From positions 2,962,084 through 3,026,083 of the forward strand of contig MU056050.1 of assembly GCA_013239625.1 (NCBI GenBank): a stretch of DNA of 64,000 bases, written 5' to 3'. The stretch comes from Lama guanicoe (Eukaryota). Position 1 is the stretch's first letter, and each line of letters starts with the position of its first letter. The notes under the pieces are model-generated. The model did not search any database and was not told the DNA's origin. It saw nothing but the letters and a program-made list of their open reading frames with translations. The position numbers were made by a program, and so were the translations under genes. Positions 10,481-23,929 of this stretch are shown piece after piece.

Positions 10481-13400
10481 TTTTGTGTTACTGAAACATG
10501 CGTGTGTGTGTGTTTCAAATTTTAACATGAGAAGCAAATCACTAGGGATACGTAGACCTATACTGCCTCACACAGAAGTGAATCTATCTTGTAAAAAATC
10601 TTCATGGAATGTATTTTTGAGACTCCTGTAGGTTTAGCTGCATGATCTTATCAGCTTCCCTTCTTTAGCTTACCTAACTTTCTCACTGAAAGGAAGCACC
10701 AAGATGTATATTGGTGGATGAAATCTGCAGTAAACAGGCAAAGGGGGCCTATATACTTAAATAACAAGAAACAATACTGTTACCCTTGGCATGTTGCTAA
10801 TAACAATGACATAACTGACTTTTCCTTACCCTCCCCATTCAGAGAATGGGGGACCAGCTAGAGGAAAGAAATGATTGGCAACCAATGATGATGAAACTAT
10901 TTTTGAGGTCACATGAAAGAAACTCAATTGGGGATGGTTTGGATCAGTAGAGCTGAGGTAGGAAAAATCTATAGTCTTCTAATCTTTGAAATGTCAAGGA
11001 GCATCAGGAATTGTTCAATGTGGTCCAATATGGAACAGGAAGATGGAATAGAAGAAAATCTAGAAGGGCATCCAGTAGTAACAAGCTTTATGTTCTCTCA
11101 AAATGTCCTCAAACTTTGGGCTGAGAACTACACATCTGTGGATCTTAAATACAAATTAAACCACAGAAGACATATAAGAGGATACCCAAATATTAACTTG
11201 AAGTTAATTTCATAGACACAAAAGTAGAGAACAGAGTAATTCTATTAAGTTCTATAATGAATAACCTGACAGAGGGTGAAGAGCTAGAACGTTCTCTATC
11301 CTTTTCTGTAATAACTTATGGATGATATTGCTCTTCCATTCACAGTTTTAAATGCAACCAATAACATTATGACTACATATAGTCTGTGTTTCCAAGGAAA
11401 CAGATGACTCAACCAAATAAAATGACTAATATGCATGGGGGTGGGCAAGAATAATTAACTGATTCTAACAACAAAAAAACTGGTACAAAATGAAGTTTCT
11501 GTCTACATATAGTAGAATTCAATGAACATTATGCTTGCTAAGATATCTTATATCAACTTGTTTCTCCCCAGGAAATTTAAACCTGGGAAAGTTAAAAAGC
11601 AAATATATACATTCACCAATTATATGTGAAAGATGCACTGTATATAATATAGGCTACTGATCAGGATAGATACTTTTTTAAAAAAAAGTGAATCTAATAA
11701 GAACGATACTAGTTTCTGAGTAAACGTGACAGATAATGTTTGCTGCCATAAACTGGGTTCCTCGTTTTGACTATAGTCAAATAGTTAGAGTTGCTTATTA
11801 ATTAGTTCAAAGTGATCATATATATATGTATTCAATCAGCTTATTTCTCCAATGGCTAATCACAGGACTGTTGGAGTAGAGAAAGGAGAACTGTCTTTTT
11901 CTCCTTGAACCTAATGCAGGGAATCTTGACCCTGAGTCTATGAAAGGGCTTCAGCCACAGGGGTAGGTTGCTGGGGCGGGGGCAGGGGTACGTGAGGAGA
12001 GAGGGAAAATATGTGACCCTTGAAATCATGTGTACAATTTTGTGTGAAGGTGTTTTGTTTTTTTTTTCCTTTGGTGAGGGTAGATGAGTGAGAGCCTGGG
12101 TGTGTGAGCTCCTGGGGTGTGCTTGGCTAGGTGTCTGAGAGCTGCGACACTGAGAGAAAACAGTGTTGTAGGAGTAAGAAGGAACAGAGGGATTGGAAAA
12201 GACTTCACTCTGTCAGAAACAAATGTTTCTTTATACTGAGAAAATCACTTTGCCATTAGGGTCCAAGTTACTCTATTTTATTCTTCAAATGACTTTGTGC
12301 TGAAGGTCATGAGGTACTTTGGACTAAAATGCAAATTTGTGAACTGTTAAGAATCCTTGACCAAGGGAGAATCTCACCTATGAATGACAATTGTTCCACC
12401 TTAGGTAAATTTGCATTTAAATTACCAGGGATAGGACTAAATTTAGCTGGGTTTTCTTTATAGTAATTTTATTATTTTTTTGTTTTTATAGATAATCCTA
12501 TGGTTTTTTTCCTTTGAGAAATATAGAGATCTCTGTCTATTTGATGGCCAGTATCTGCATGCCTGGAAACATTCAGATGGTGAACGAATTGCTCAGTGCT
12601 CCATCCACATTTGGCATCATGTAGACAGAGCATCCCTAGGATTTTGAGAACAACGTAGAACACTGTATAAAACATTTCCAAATCCAGGCATACAACCATC
12701 TCGGTCTTCCTCGTTGACTTTCCAGTAACTAGGTGCACAGACGGATATACTGCTGGTAATGACAAATCCCCGTGAGGTGTGACATCCTGAGGTACATGAA
12801 CATTTGATTAGGGCAGGGTATTATGAATTAGTGCCTTTCTAGACTTTCTAGATGTGCTTTATCTTTATAAAATTTTAACTTTACAGTCTATTTTTTTATC
12901 AGTCAAGGGATTTAACAGCTTTCTTCTCTATGACAGCGTTTGCAATTATAATTAAGAAATGTATTAAAACTGGAGTGAATTAATGTGAAAAATGGATGGA
13001 GACTTGGGAGTAGATTTCCCCAGCTAGGTATGAAGGACTAATTCAGTCTGAGAAAAGGGAGGTAGATTGCAAAGCAAAGCTCAAGAATCTAAAAAATTTC
13101 AAGGAATGTCCTTATACATTCAAATTTCTATGGTTGTATGAACATAGGTGTTAAATGAGAATGATCCAAGACTTTTCATGTGCTTTGACTGGTCCCGACT
13201 GTTATAAGTTGCTGCATCAATGTCTGTGTTGTCCTAGCCAATATTTTTGGTCACTACTTTTCAGGTTAATGAGGTAATGTCTAAGGCAACAATTGTTTTA
13301 TGGGATAGCTTATAGAGTGGCATCAAAATCTTCTGGAACATAGGGAAACTTTCAGCCTAAGATCCTGAAGGCATGTGTCAGGGATAAAGCTGTCATAACC

Positions 13401-14252
13401 AATGAGAAGAAATGCTTTACCAGTTTACCCAGGGGAAAGGAAACAGGTTTGTCTATCCATACTGGGATGGGCGTGGATGCTTTCCTTTTCTAGGACTCCA
13501 GGGGACATAAATTTGTGTCTTAGATCCTTAGAAAGGGAGAAATCAAGCTGAATACGTCATGGTCTATTTAGTTGTTACCTTTGTGTAATTTCAGAATATG
13601 CAATACCAAAACGCATGAATTCCTTTCAAAAGGTGTCAAAAATACTTTGTACTCTCAAGAAAATCCCTAAAGCAGAGTAAGAAAGGTAAGAAAGTCTAAA
13701 GATAAATGCTTTAATCATTTTTTCCCCAATGGATTAGAGATTTTAAGGATAAAAAACTATTTCTTCTTCCTTTATCATGCCACGCAAACTCAGACTACCA
13801 TTTTCCTTTTTATGAACTGACCAATTCCAAAGATTGGACCTGGAGAACTTAGAAAATTTAGCCTTTTGGATCTGACAATATCTCTATCTGCTAGAATGAA
13901 TACTAGAGATTTTTGATCAGTCTTCCTAGTGGCCAGAGCAAGGGTTGAGTGACTTACCTGAGCACTCGGAAGTACTGAGGTCCACGTCAGTGACAGGAAT
14001 GCACCCAGGGAAGGCCACACATACAGGGATGTCAACACCTCCTGGTTCTCCAAAGCAGTGCTCAAAGGTTCCTTCAAGTCGGAGGAGGCCTGTTGATTTA
14101 TGTCTTTGTCCCTATTCCTGCATCTAAGCTCCGTATTACAATATGGGCAAGTGCCTTTTGGCTCCTTCTGGCAATGCCTTGTCTCTTCATGTTATCTTAT
14201 TCTTGCCTTTTCCTTATCCACTAAGCAAACATAGAGATTAGAGGAGACTTAC

Positions 14253-14502
14253 CTTAATTCCAAAATACTAACGGAGTTTCCCGAGGGAAATATTCGCCTT
14301 ACAAAATTGAAGTCACCAACATACACACTACCATCAGGGCCAGAAGCTAAGGCAACAGGAGCGAAGAGTTTGTTGTTGTGGGCGGGGCCATTGCAGTTGG
14401 TGCAGGCTACGCTCCGTTGGTGTCCATTACCCATTATGGTTGATATGACTGGAGGTTGCTGGGAAATGAACATATTTTCTCCATTCCCTTTATGTATGAT
14501 TC
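14253..14502 (-). CDS. TENM1: TENM1 coding exon, 250 nt: [21 protein letters not shown]...[37 protein letters not shown]; first NHL repeat
   Basis: Acceptor ttttcttggatctag|GAAT, donor TAAG|gtaagt; phase 1 in, phase 2 out. Confidence 0.96.
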
Positions 14503-14541
14503 CTAGATCCAAGAAAAAAGAATTTAAAAAATTACCACACA

Positions 14542-14992
14542 TACATATATACAAAGGAATACTACTTAGCCATAAAAAAGAATAAAATGCCATTTGCAGC
14601 AACATGGATGGATCTGGAGGTCATTATACTAAGTAAAGTCAGAGAAAGAAAAATACCATATAATATTACTTTTTTGTGGAATCTAAAAAATGACACAAAT
14701 GAACTTATTTACAAAACAGAAAGAGACTCACAGACATGGAAAACAAACTTATGCTTACCAGGGTGGAAAGGGGAGGGTGAAGGGATAAATTGGGAATTTG
14801 AGATTTGCAGATACTAACTACTATATATAAAATAGATGAACAAGGTCCTACTGTATAGCACAGGGAACTATATTCAATATCTTGTAACAGCCTATAGTGA
14901 AAATGAATATGAAAATGAATATATATGTAACTGAAACATTATGTGGTAAACCAGAAATTAACACAACTTTGTAAACTGAATATACCTCAATA
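14542..14992 (+). mobile_element. Young 5'-truncated cetartiodactyl/camelid-type L1 (ORF2 C-terminus plus 3' UTR) with a perfect 16-bp TSD
   Basis: ORF 14587 [16 protein letters not shown] is the L1 ORF2 C-terminus; aataaa and short A tail; TSD aaaaaattaccacaca at 14526-14541 and 14993-15008; ttt|aaaa endonuclease site. Confidence 0.92.
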
Positions 14993-15589
14993 AAAAAATT
15001 ACCACACAATATTCTCAGCAATATTTTAATTTCTCTATCATTATTCAAAGCAGGAAGGAGCACTAGCCTGACACAAAAGAACTTGAGAATGAAGCACATC
15101 ACCCCAGATTTTATTTAACTGCACAGCTACAACAAACGGCAGCATAACACCTTTCCTCAGTCTGTCCATCTGTGAAATGAGGCGATATACCCAGTCCTTT
15201 TAATGCTGATTTTAAATGCCTCAATAAAGCATTTGATGACTAACTAACTCTTAATGATCTCCTGCTCATTTGGGACTTTGTGAATCATCTGTGGCTGATT
15301 TCCCATCTCTGGCTGACTTTTTTCTCATGCCTGGCACACAACTGCCTGACTTCAAACTACCCTCACTATGCAACTGGTTCCTGAAAAGGGAGTATCAGTC
15401 AATTTTATTATTAACCTTAGCAAAACACAATCAGGAAGGTAATCTACTTCTGTGAAAAGAAAAGAAATCATATTGCTAGAATGCACTTCAAAGATATAAG
15501 GAAGGGACTTGAATTTTCCACTCTTTTGGACCATATCTCACTACCATCAGTGCAGGAAATAGAGATACTGACTTATGAAAATGCTGGAA

Positions 15590-16620
15590 AATACTCTGCA
15601 GTCATTTTCTTTGGGCGATCTTATTCGTTCTCACGGCTTTAACTCCTACCTCACTATGCTGAAACTTTCTCCTGTCCAGAGGTCTCACCTGATATGCAAT
15701 TTCCTACTAGATCTCTTTACTTGGATGTCCCCAGAGTACCTCAAACTCAACAAGTTTAAAACTGAACTCATTATTTTTCTGCATTCCTTACGAAACCCTG
15801 CCCTTCCTCCTGTGTTCCCTACTGATCTTATGAGTGGTATCAACATGCGTGTATTTACCCAAGTTGGAAATGTGGGCACCACTGTTGCTCTTCTTTTCCT
15901 CATTCTCTAAATCGAATTCATTACTAAACCCTCATTGAGCCTGCCTCCTATAATATGTTGAACCAGTTTCATGGTCTCCATTTCTACTACCACTTTAGTT
16001 CAGTTTTTCTTAACTCTTTGGTCTCCTGGTCTCTATGCATACTCATCTTCAATCCATTGTCCACACCCCTGCTGTAGAGATTTTTCCAACCTCTGGCTTT
16101 ATACCTTCCAATACCTGGTGGGATAAGGGGCATGTTCCTTATTATTAAGGCGTACGAAGTCCTTCAAGATTTGCCTCTTGCCTCCTTCCTCAGTCTCCCT
16201 TCTCATTGCCCTCTCATTTGTATCCTGAGATTCAGCTACAGCAAACTATTTACAATTCCTTTCACGTGCTTTCACTCCGCTCTGCTTTTGTAGTTATCTA
16301 GTCCCTCTAGATATGAATGCCCTCCTCATCTTGCTTGCTTGGGGAACTCTTACCTATCCTCCCAACCTCAGCTCAGTTCTTCCCCAATGCCCTGTCCAGG
16401 CAGAATTAGTGACTCCTTCCTCTGTGTGTGCATAGTGTGTTTCCATAGCTCTACTGGAACACTTGCCACATTGTATATAATACAGTTTCTATTATTTCTG
16501 TATCTTCCCCATTAGAACATGAGCTCCTTGAAGGCAGACTCTCTGTCTTACTCCTTTCTGCATTTTTGTGCCAATCCCTGTGGCCAAGTCATTAGAAATG
16601 CTCAGTAAATGTTGAAAATA
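15590..16620 (+). mobile_element. L2 LINE, about 1 kb of the 3' portion
   Basis: SLGDLIRSHGFN peptide (L2 reverse transcriptase region), cctcaaactcaac motif, ends tgctcagtaaatgttg. Confidence 0.8.
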
Positions 16621-19600
16621 GGCTCCAAGTCTCTCGTTTCCTTGTCCAAATCCCAATGATTTTGCAAACCTGCTGAGCCTGGGCAGAAAACCCAAGGAAC
16701 AAGAACTGCTGTGCTAAACAGCTCATCTGCCCAGAATGAGCCAGGGCAGGTAAAACATCCACGTGGTGAGAAGGCATGCTAACGTGTCAGGCTGAAGGAA
16801 CTGACAGCAAATGAATGAATGCAGCTATTTTTTCTCCCATGACCCCTGCTATCTATCTCCTCCGACTGCCTGTTACTGTCCCTAAACATTTCCTGAAATG
16901 TCTTCCTCGGTTTTCTTCCGACTGTGTCCCACATTCCTACAACAGAAACTACTGATCACTCTGAAATAGGAACATTGCTGGCAAGAATAAGTAAGAGAGT
17001 AAAACATGTACAAAATCATGGTACCAAATATACGCTTGGAAGAGACCTCCCACTAAACAGAAATCCCACGCTCCTATAGCCTTTGGATTTCAAATCTAAA
17101 GTAATTTTACTTTCCCTCCCAAAGTGATTTCTGACTATTTTTTCAACATATGACCTGCAGGAGCAGCTACGAACTTATGTCCTAACAAACTAGTCTTTTA
17201 CTGAAGGGCCATGAGATAGAGATCTTGAGGCACACTACTTTCTTATTAATTTTATTAATAACTTTATTAGGCAGTAAAGAAATTCCTTAAGATTTAGAAT
17301 AGTTAATTAAGTCAGATTAAAAGGACAAAATTTCATTTCCCAAAAAACACTTAATTGCAGTGTGATCAATATCGCAATTTAAATGAACTTGGAGAAAGTG
17401 AATGAGAACTGGCATGACAGTTGCACCACATCACTGAAAAGAAATCTCCTGATGATCACTTAACTGAATATCCTACCAATGAGACTATGATATGTTCTCT
17501 AATAAATGAGGAAACCAACTGTTTAGCATGTCAGTATTTCAGCAATGCACTACAGGTTATATCATTCAAAAAATATTTCCAATTATTGGCTTGGAAATAC
17601 CAGATTTGCTATTAACATCTATTTTCACAGATAGATCTCCATTTTTTTTATATCAATATAACGGTATAGTTAACAATTACCTTCAAAATGACATGTTATT
17701 ACCAGGCTCCTGGCAATTTAAAAACTAAAGATGGCTATTCTAAAGCATTCTTCTAAGCCTGCAATTCTAAAACTCCCCTTTTCTATTAGAAAGCCCAGCA
17801 CTCCATCAAAGAAGAAGAATGATTAAAGGAAATAAAACATAAGGCAATGTACTTTCTGATTACATCTCAACAATTGATGTCTTGCTTTCATGCAAGGTAC
17901 TAAAGTGCCTGTGTACTGAAATTACCATTCCTGCTTAAAGCTGAAGCAATCAAAACAAAAATGGGCAAACCCCTTTTGTATTGCCCTGCAAAAATAGATC
18001 ATTTTGAAGGGTGTTTTTGTTGTTTCAAGAATCTGTTTAACCTTCCATTACATAGAACCAGGGCATACCATCTAGCGACAATGATTTAACACCAATTCTT
18101 CAGCAAAAGGTTGCTTTGAAAATATTTTGTTTATGTTCCTGGAAATCTTGATCAATTACTGCTGCCTCCCTTCCAGTTTATTCTGCCACACATGCTCATT
18201 TTGAAAACAATCAAATGATCCTGAGACTACACACATTATTTATGAAGGCCAACTTCTTGCTGAGGAGGGTGGGGTGGGGTCTTGTTTACAGTCAACAAAC
18301 CCCACCAGCAGGGCCCTACTGCACATTTTCGTCCCCAGGTTTTCCTTTTCTCTGCCCCAAAGCCAAGTCTGTTGTGTAATGTTAAGCACACTTTTAAACA
18401 CACTACTCATACCCTCCTGCTACCTTGCTTAGAACTTCTTGTGAAGCTTATAAATAAGTTTGAAATAGAAATTCCCCTTGGAAGCCAGTGGGTGGTGCTT
18501 TATGCTGATTTCAAAGAAGAAACCATTTTTCAGGCTTATGAACAACAAGGGACACCATACATATTTCTCTTAGGACTTAACTGAGAGAATATAAACACAA
18601 ACTGGGAGACGCGCCAGTGTGATCAATGGAAATTTACTTCCCCTCCCAGTAAAACCATTTGCTGACAAACTACTGGCCTATCTTGCAGGCTAAGTTAAAG
18701 GAAATTCTTTATCCATTTCAGATGGATGACGATACCCAATTAGAACCCTGATTGTTCTTTCTAATAATTTTAAACACTCAGCTGGCAGGGCACACTAGGG
18801 GATATGTTTGATATAAAAATATACTATAACAAATAGCTTAGCTCTTTAATAGATGATTCATGTACACATTTTCATTTGTCATAATTTTAAAGAACTGATT
18901 TATCTTAAAAGGAATAAATACGTACTCACGGTAATCACCAAAAAGATGTACTGTGAAGGAATAACATTGAAAAAAAACAAGTTTCTGGGTTTTTTTTTTT
19001 AATCTCAGTGAAAGCAGGAGCCATCTCTACATATCAGGCATAATATTTGGAAACAGTGCTCCACAACCAATGGTTAATTGTCAGGTAAATATAACTGCTG
19101 CAACTGAAATGACAAATGGTCTGAAAACATTGCCTACTAGAAACTACCCGCTGCATAATGATTCTGGAGCCAAAGAAAAACTGAAGAATTGAATGGCAGC
19201 AGACATCCCATCTAATTACAGGTGTCTTTTTAACCAGTGAGAGGAAATTGGGGGAAGACAGATTCTTGTTTCTAATCTGCTATATGTCTCAGATCAAAAA
19301 AGCGGGGTGCCTAAAGAGTTAGCTTCTTCTGCCTTAATCAGTCAGAAAAGACTTATCTGACCTGAGGGGAAAAAAAGCATTGCTTTCTAATTGGTCCTCT
19401 CAACGCTGCTCCTTCACACTTATCATTCCTGCTACTAGAAGGCTGCCTTTGCGGGTGGGATTTAGACTTCGTAAATGTCCCAAGAGAGGTGTTCGTGTCC
19501 AAGGGCAGGCTGAAAGGCAGTGGCAGAGTTGGCTTCAGATCTGTTTCCTGTCAAGTCTGAGCAGTTCTTGGTTAGAACTACAATGTGCCTACAAATGAGA

Positions 19601-19677
19601 TGATAAAATGCACAACTCTTCCTTTTTAAAGCTCTATCTCAACTAAGGTTTCTTTCTCATAATAAAATTCTCAGAAA

Positions 19678-19860
19678 GAGTCAGGAAGTAGATTTAGTGG
19701 GGTTGGGGTGAGCACAAGAGACCTTTTGGGGTGATAAAAATACTCTAAAACTGTGTGGTGGTGATGGTTGCAGAACTCTGTAATTTATAAAAATCACTGA
19801 AGTGTACACTTAAAATGGGTGAATTTTATGGTGTATAAATTATACTTCAATAAAGCTAAA
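19678..19860 (+). mobile_element. Short old L1M 3' end with degenerate TSD
   Basis: gtacacttaaaatgggtgaattttatggtgtataaattatacttcaataaa; flanks aaaattctcagaaa (19664) and aagattcttagaaa (19861). Confidence 0.8.
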
Positions 19861-21394
19861 AAGATTCTTAGAAATAACTTGGTACCTATTACCTAAAAAA
19901 GAATTACTGGTGAATTAGGGTGGAAAGAACACATTTGTGGAAATTAGGGTCCCCCAAAGCCAACTTTCTGAATGGCTCCCCTCTGTTTTGAATTTTTAAG
20001 CCTGGTAAAGCAAACGGTAAGAGGATATAAGATGGGGTACACACAGCTGGGGGCTAGCTCGATTGAGGTCATTTCCACTTTGTGTTTAATGTCAATGACA
20101 GGCATTTGAAAGAGACAATCCATACAAGCCAATAAAAGTGAGGGGAAAAGAAATGGCTGCTTAAAATGTCAAACTCTTTCAAATCAAAACAAAAAACCTA
20201 ATAATTTAATAAGTGGCATCTGCCCTTTCGTTTTTGTACTTTTAAAACTGTGATTCTCCTTTTGACAACAGAAAAAAAAGTTGACATTTCGTATCTGTGC
20301 CTGAATTTTGCTCTTAAAAAAACAAACAGTTGGAAATGGAATTTAGAATCTCCTTTGAAAGGGAAGAAGGAGGTGTAAAGGGGGCAGACTGCAACAGACT
20401 CCTGCACCTTCAGGGTCCCATGCTAGGACTATGGGAAGCGGTCTCATTCTCTGCTGGGAGCAAACCCAGTCAAAATTTCCCAGCCTCTGTGGCTGGTTGG
20501 CTTGGCTGATTCAACTCTGGTGCAAATGAATAAGCCCACAAGTGTGGTTATGAAATGGATCTCAGCCTTGCTCAGTTCACGGCCTCACAAGATACCCGGT
20601 CCTTAGCCAGCTGTTTCACAAAGGTAAGATGCATACAAGGAGAGTCAGGTGGAAGGATGTAGCTGCCTCAATACATTCACATCCCCAGTCTTGGAGAAAT
20701 AACCCAAAGTACACATTCCACTCAAGGCTGGTCAGAATCTGCCTCTTAGAGGAAAAGAAATATGATTTCACAGTGAAAACATAACAGTTCAAATGATGCT
20801 GGATGGAAACGCCAATGATTGGTTTCCCAGCAAGAGGAGGTGACGGAACTTAGATGAAGCATTTATATAACCAGGGTGGCAAAATCAGTTTGTCTGAGAG
20901 AAGGAAGCATGGGCTCAAGGGCCACCTGTGGTCCTAATCTATTTAACATTTAAATTACAAACTAGGAGAACGTGATAGCAGGAAAAGCGGTCCAAAAGGA
21001 GTGTCCTGATTCTCACTGTTTTTTCATCTTTTCCTAAGTCCAGGAATTAGGCGGCTTGAAAGTAAGTGAAGTCCAGGGCTGGACTCTTTCCCCAGATTCT
21101 TTCACTTCTTCTCCTGTGACCCTCCTACCTCTTTTCCTCTTTTACCCATTACTGACCCTTTACTCTGTCCCTGGCTTCTTACTGCGTATTCTGACATTTA
21201 TGTGGATGAACAACTGGTGTAGAGAAAGAGCACACAGTTCGAGCCACTTACTAACTGTGAGCCACAGGGGAAAGTCACATGACTCTCTAAGCCTCAGATT
21301 CTTGATCTTTTCAATGGGGTTAAGGCCACACTGCGGGGTTGTGTTTAAAATAGGACAGAGTTCACTAAAGTCCTTTGAAAACTGGATCACATAG

Positions 21395-21553
21395 ATAAGT
21401 CATTAATTCTAAGGTGTAAGGCTTCCCATTTTCACATCTCTGGAATAAGTATGTATCTTGCAATCAGTGCATGTCATAGTTTAACCGGCAACATTTTCCA
21501 TAAAATAATGGTGTACTTATAATTGATGATCTGTTAGATCGCATGAAATATGG
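21395..21553. mobile_element. MER104-like Tc2/mariner MITE
   Basis: aattctaag...catctctggaat...tcttgcaatc...gtcatagtttaa...cataaaataatggtg...atgaaatatgg. Confidence 0.6.
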
Positions 21554-21815
21554 CGATTATTATTCCACTTTTTAAAAGTTGGTTACAATGTCAGATAGAC
21601 TGGTTAATCACTAGAGATAGAGCAATAACGGTAGATGATTCTTAAAACCCAGTTTTATATAATTTTGTGACAAAGAAGTCTCACTCTACTAGCACTGATT
21701 TGAAATCAGATCATTGCTTTTGAAAAGAAATATAATGCGGTCATCTCTGAGTGGTGGACTTAGAAGTAATTTTTTTCCTGGCACTTTTCCAAATTTTATG
21801 CAATGACTATGGAAT

Positions 21816-21837
21816 ACACACACACACACACACACAC
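21816..21837. repeat. (AC)n microsatellite about 50 nt from an exon donor
   Basis: Direct reading of the acacac run. Confidence 0.9.
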
Positions 21838-21886
21838 GTACAGCATTAGGAAAACAGTATTAATAAATATTTTAAAATGTGCTTAC

Positions 21887-22030
21887 CACTTTGAGGATTC
21901 AAAATATGATGCTTGTTCAATGACCAGCCTCCTAGGTTAGAAGCATCCATCTCAAAACCTTGTAAGATAACTGTCCTTTTCTCCCAGAGAATAAAGTCAG
22001 GGCACATTTCATATTCATATCCCACAGACA
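21887..22030 (-). CDS. TENM1: TENM1 coding exon, 144 nt: [47 protein letters not shown](G)
   Basis: Acceptor tcttcgtttgcag|TGTC, donor AGTG|gtaagc; phase 1/1. Confidence 0.96.
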
Positions 22031-23225
22031 CTGCAAACGAAGAGTTAATAACACGTTAGAAAATTTTAAGAGATTTGCTTCATTTTTGCATTGGTTGGCA
22101 ATTCTGTGGATAATGCATTTGCTACTGAATTCTGACTGGGGTTGAAATCTGACTGCAAATGCCTTTCACCGGCCCTACTGCAGCAGAGCACCTAGCCCAG
22201 CATTGGGCACCCCAAGGCGGCCGGTCAGTGCATACTGGGTAAATACATGAAAAAGTGAGCTACTGACGCTGTCATTGGGTATGCACCAGATATTCATGGA
22301 CATTAAGCTGGAGTATGGGCTTTGGAGTAGGAGGTGTGTTGTAAAACTGAAGAAATAAGCTCTGTGAAGGTTTAAGCTGTGGTGACAGAATTTCTTTCTT
22401 TACCTTGGTAGGAGAAACGCAGGGAGGGATGGTTTCTGATGTCTCCAGAGTGCAAAACGCACTTAGGAAGCTGGCTTCAGAGTACTGGGTCACTTATACA
22501 ACAACTGACTACACATGAGGCAGATAAAAATCGATTCTACCAATTTATATTTGCTCCCGTGCTAACTGGCCTTTGGTTTGCCGAGAAGTCTGAGTTTGCT
22601 TAGAGTGCTGCCTGCGCTGCGGGTGTAAATTCCACTCTGTGCACAAGAGATTTTGGTTTCGGCGTGTAGCTAACCAATGGGACATCACCCAGCATTCTGG
22701 CTTCAACTCTGACGAAGCACAGATGTTGTGCATAAAACTGGGAACCCCGGTATGCCTCTAAAATGGGAAGTGCGAAATGTGACAGCTTGGGTGCCTCGGC
22801 TCTACTGAAATATGTAGAACTCAAGAATACCAAGTCTCAGTCATTTTCTCAGCTGGTAAGCCTGCTTACCTGTTAGAACCCCAGAGTTCTGCTTCTTGAA
22901 TTTAAAACACTTTCTGTCCTCAGTATGTTCCAAGCCTGAGAGTACTGGCTCATTACACTGCAGACCCCCTTTCTGGCAGCTGAAAATATCCCTTGCTGGT
23001 CGTCTGCCATTGCTTTCGAGTACCTGCCTCTACCTGACTCTTCAGGTGCCCCTGGAGAACTCATTCCTTTTTCCTTTTGTCATCTGGTTATGAAAACTGG
23101 TAATGAAAATGTGTGCTGAAACAATGCCAGCAAAATAGGCCCTAAGAGGAAAAATTCAAGCAGACAAGTCTGGGATTTTGGCATTAGGTGAAGGGAAAAG
23201 ATGGTAATTTTAGTTCAACAGATTT

Positions 23226-23264
23226 GTGTGTGCGTGTGTGCGTATGTGCGTGTGCGTGTGTGTG
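23226..23264. repeat. Imperfect (TG/CG)n microsatellite
   Basis: tgtgtgtgcgtgtgtgcgtatgtgcgtgtgcgtgtgtgtg. Confidence 0.85.
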
Positions 23265-23403
23265 AGCACATGCACAGATAAGCCAAAAAGTCTTCATGAT
23301 TATGAATATACAACTCGCTAATTTGGGGGATCATCTGTGGCCAATTTTAAACCACAAGGTGACTTCTTTTTGTCCCCTGCACCATCAAAGCTTTAATAGG
23401 GAT

Positions 23404-23582
23404 CAGGACTGTCTTCACTGGTGTGTGACCTGTGTAGCCGCACAGGGGCCCATGCTTAGAAGGGCCCCCCTACTTGGCTTAATCCTCTGCTGTCACTGTC
23501 TTGAAATCCTTAGTACGTTTTTAACAAGAGGCTAGGTATTTTCATTTAACACCGGGCCCTGCAAATTATGTAGCTGGTCCTA
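23404..23582. mobile_element. hAT MITE (MER53-like) with 8-bp TSD
   Basis: Ends caggactg...ctggtccta; TSD atagggat (23396) and atggggat (23583). Confidence 0.75.
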
Positions 23583-23929
23583 ATGGGGATGCCCTTCTAC
23601 CCTGGCATCAGCTGGTGAAGACTCATGGAATGCAAACTCATTTTAGTATTAGCCCTAACCAAGTGTTATTAGCAAGGGAGATTAATGGGGAGTGGGAAAG
23701 ACTCATCATAAAATGGAAATGATTTCTAAAGGGAAATTAGTTTGGGATCATCTGTGTCAATGCTGTTCTCTATTAAGAGGGATAGAAACACAGAATTTCA
23801 GTGATAAAAAACCATCTCAAAGGTAATTTAGTTCGGGTTACAGGTGTGGCACAAATCATTGCTGTCTACAATCTCCTTGCTATATCTTATCATGGCCCCA
23901 GAGCTTGCTAAAACAACTCTGGCATAGTG

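Noticed and set aside
21887..22030. Apparent amino-acid differences from human TENM1 (for example [14 protein letters not shown])
   Set aside because: The comparison is from memory and the changes look conservative; an alignment is needed before claiming lineage-specific change.
22855..22872. CAG|GTAAGC inside the mini-palindrome ggtaagc-ct-gcttacc as a recursive splice site
   Set aside because: No pyrimidine tract upstream on the sense strand, the nearest acceptors give frameshifting lengths, and the short stem is chance-level.
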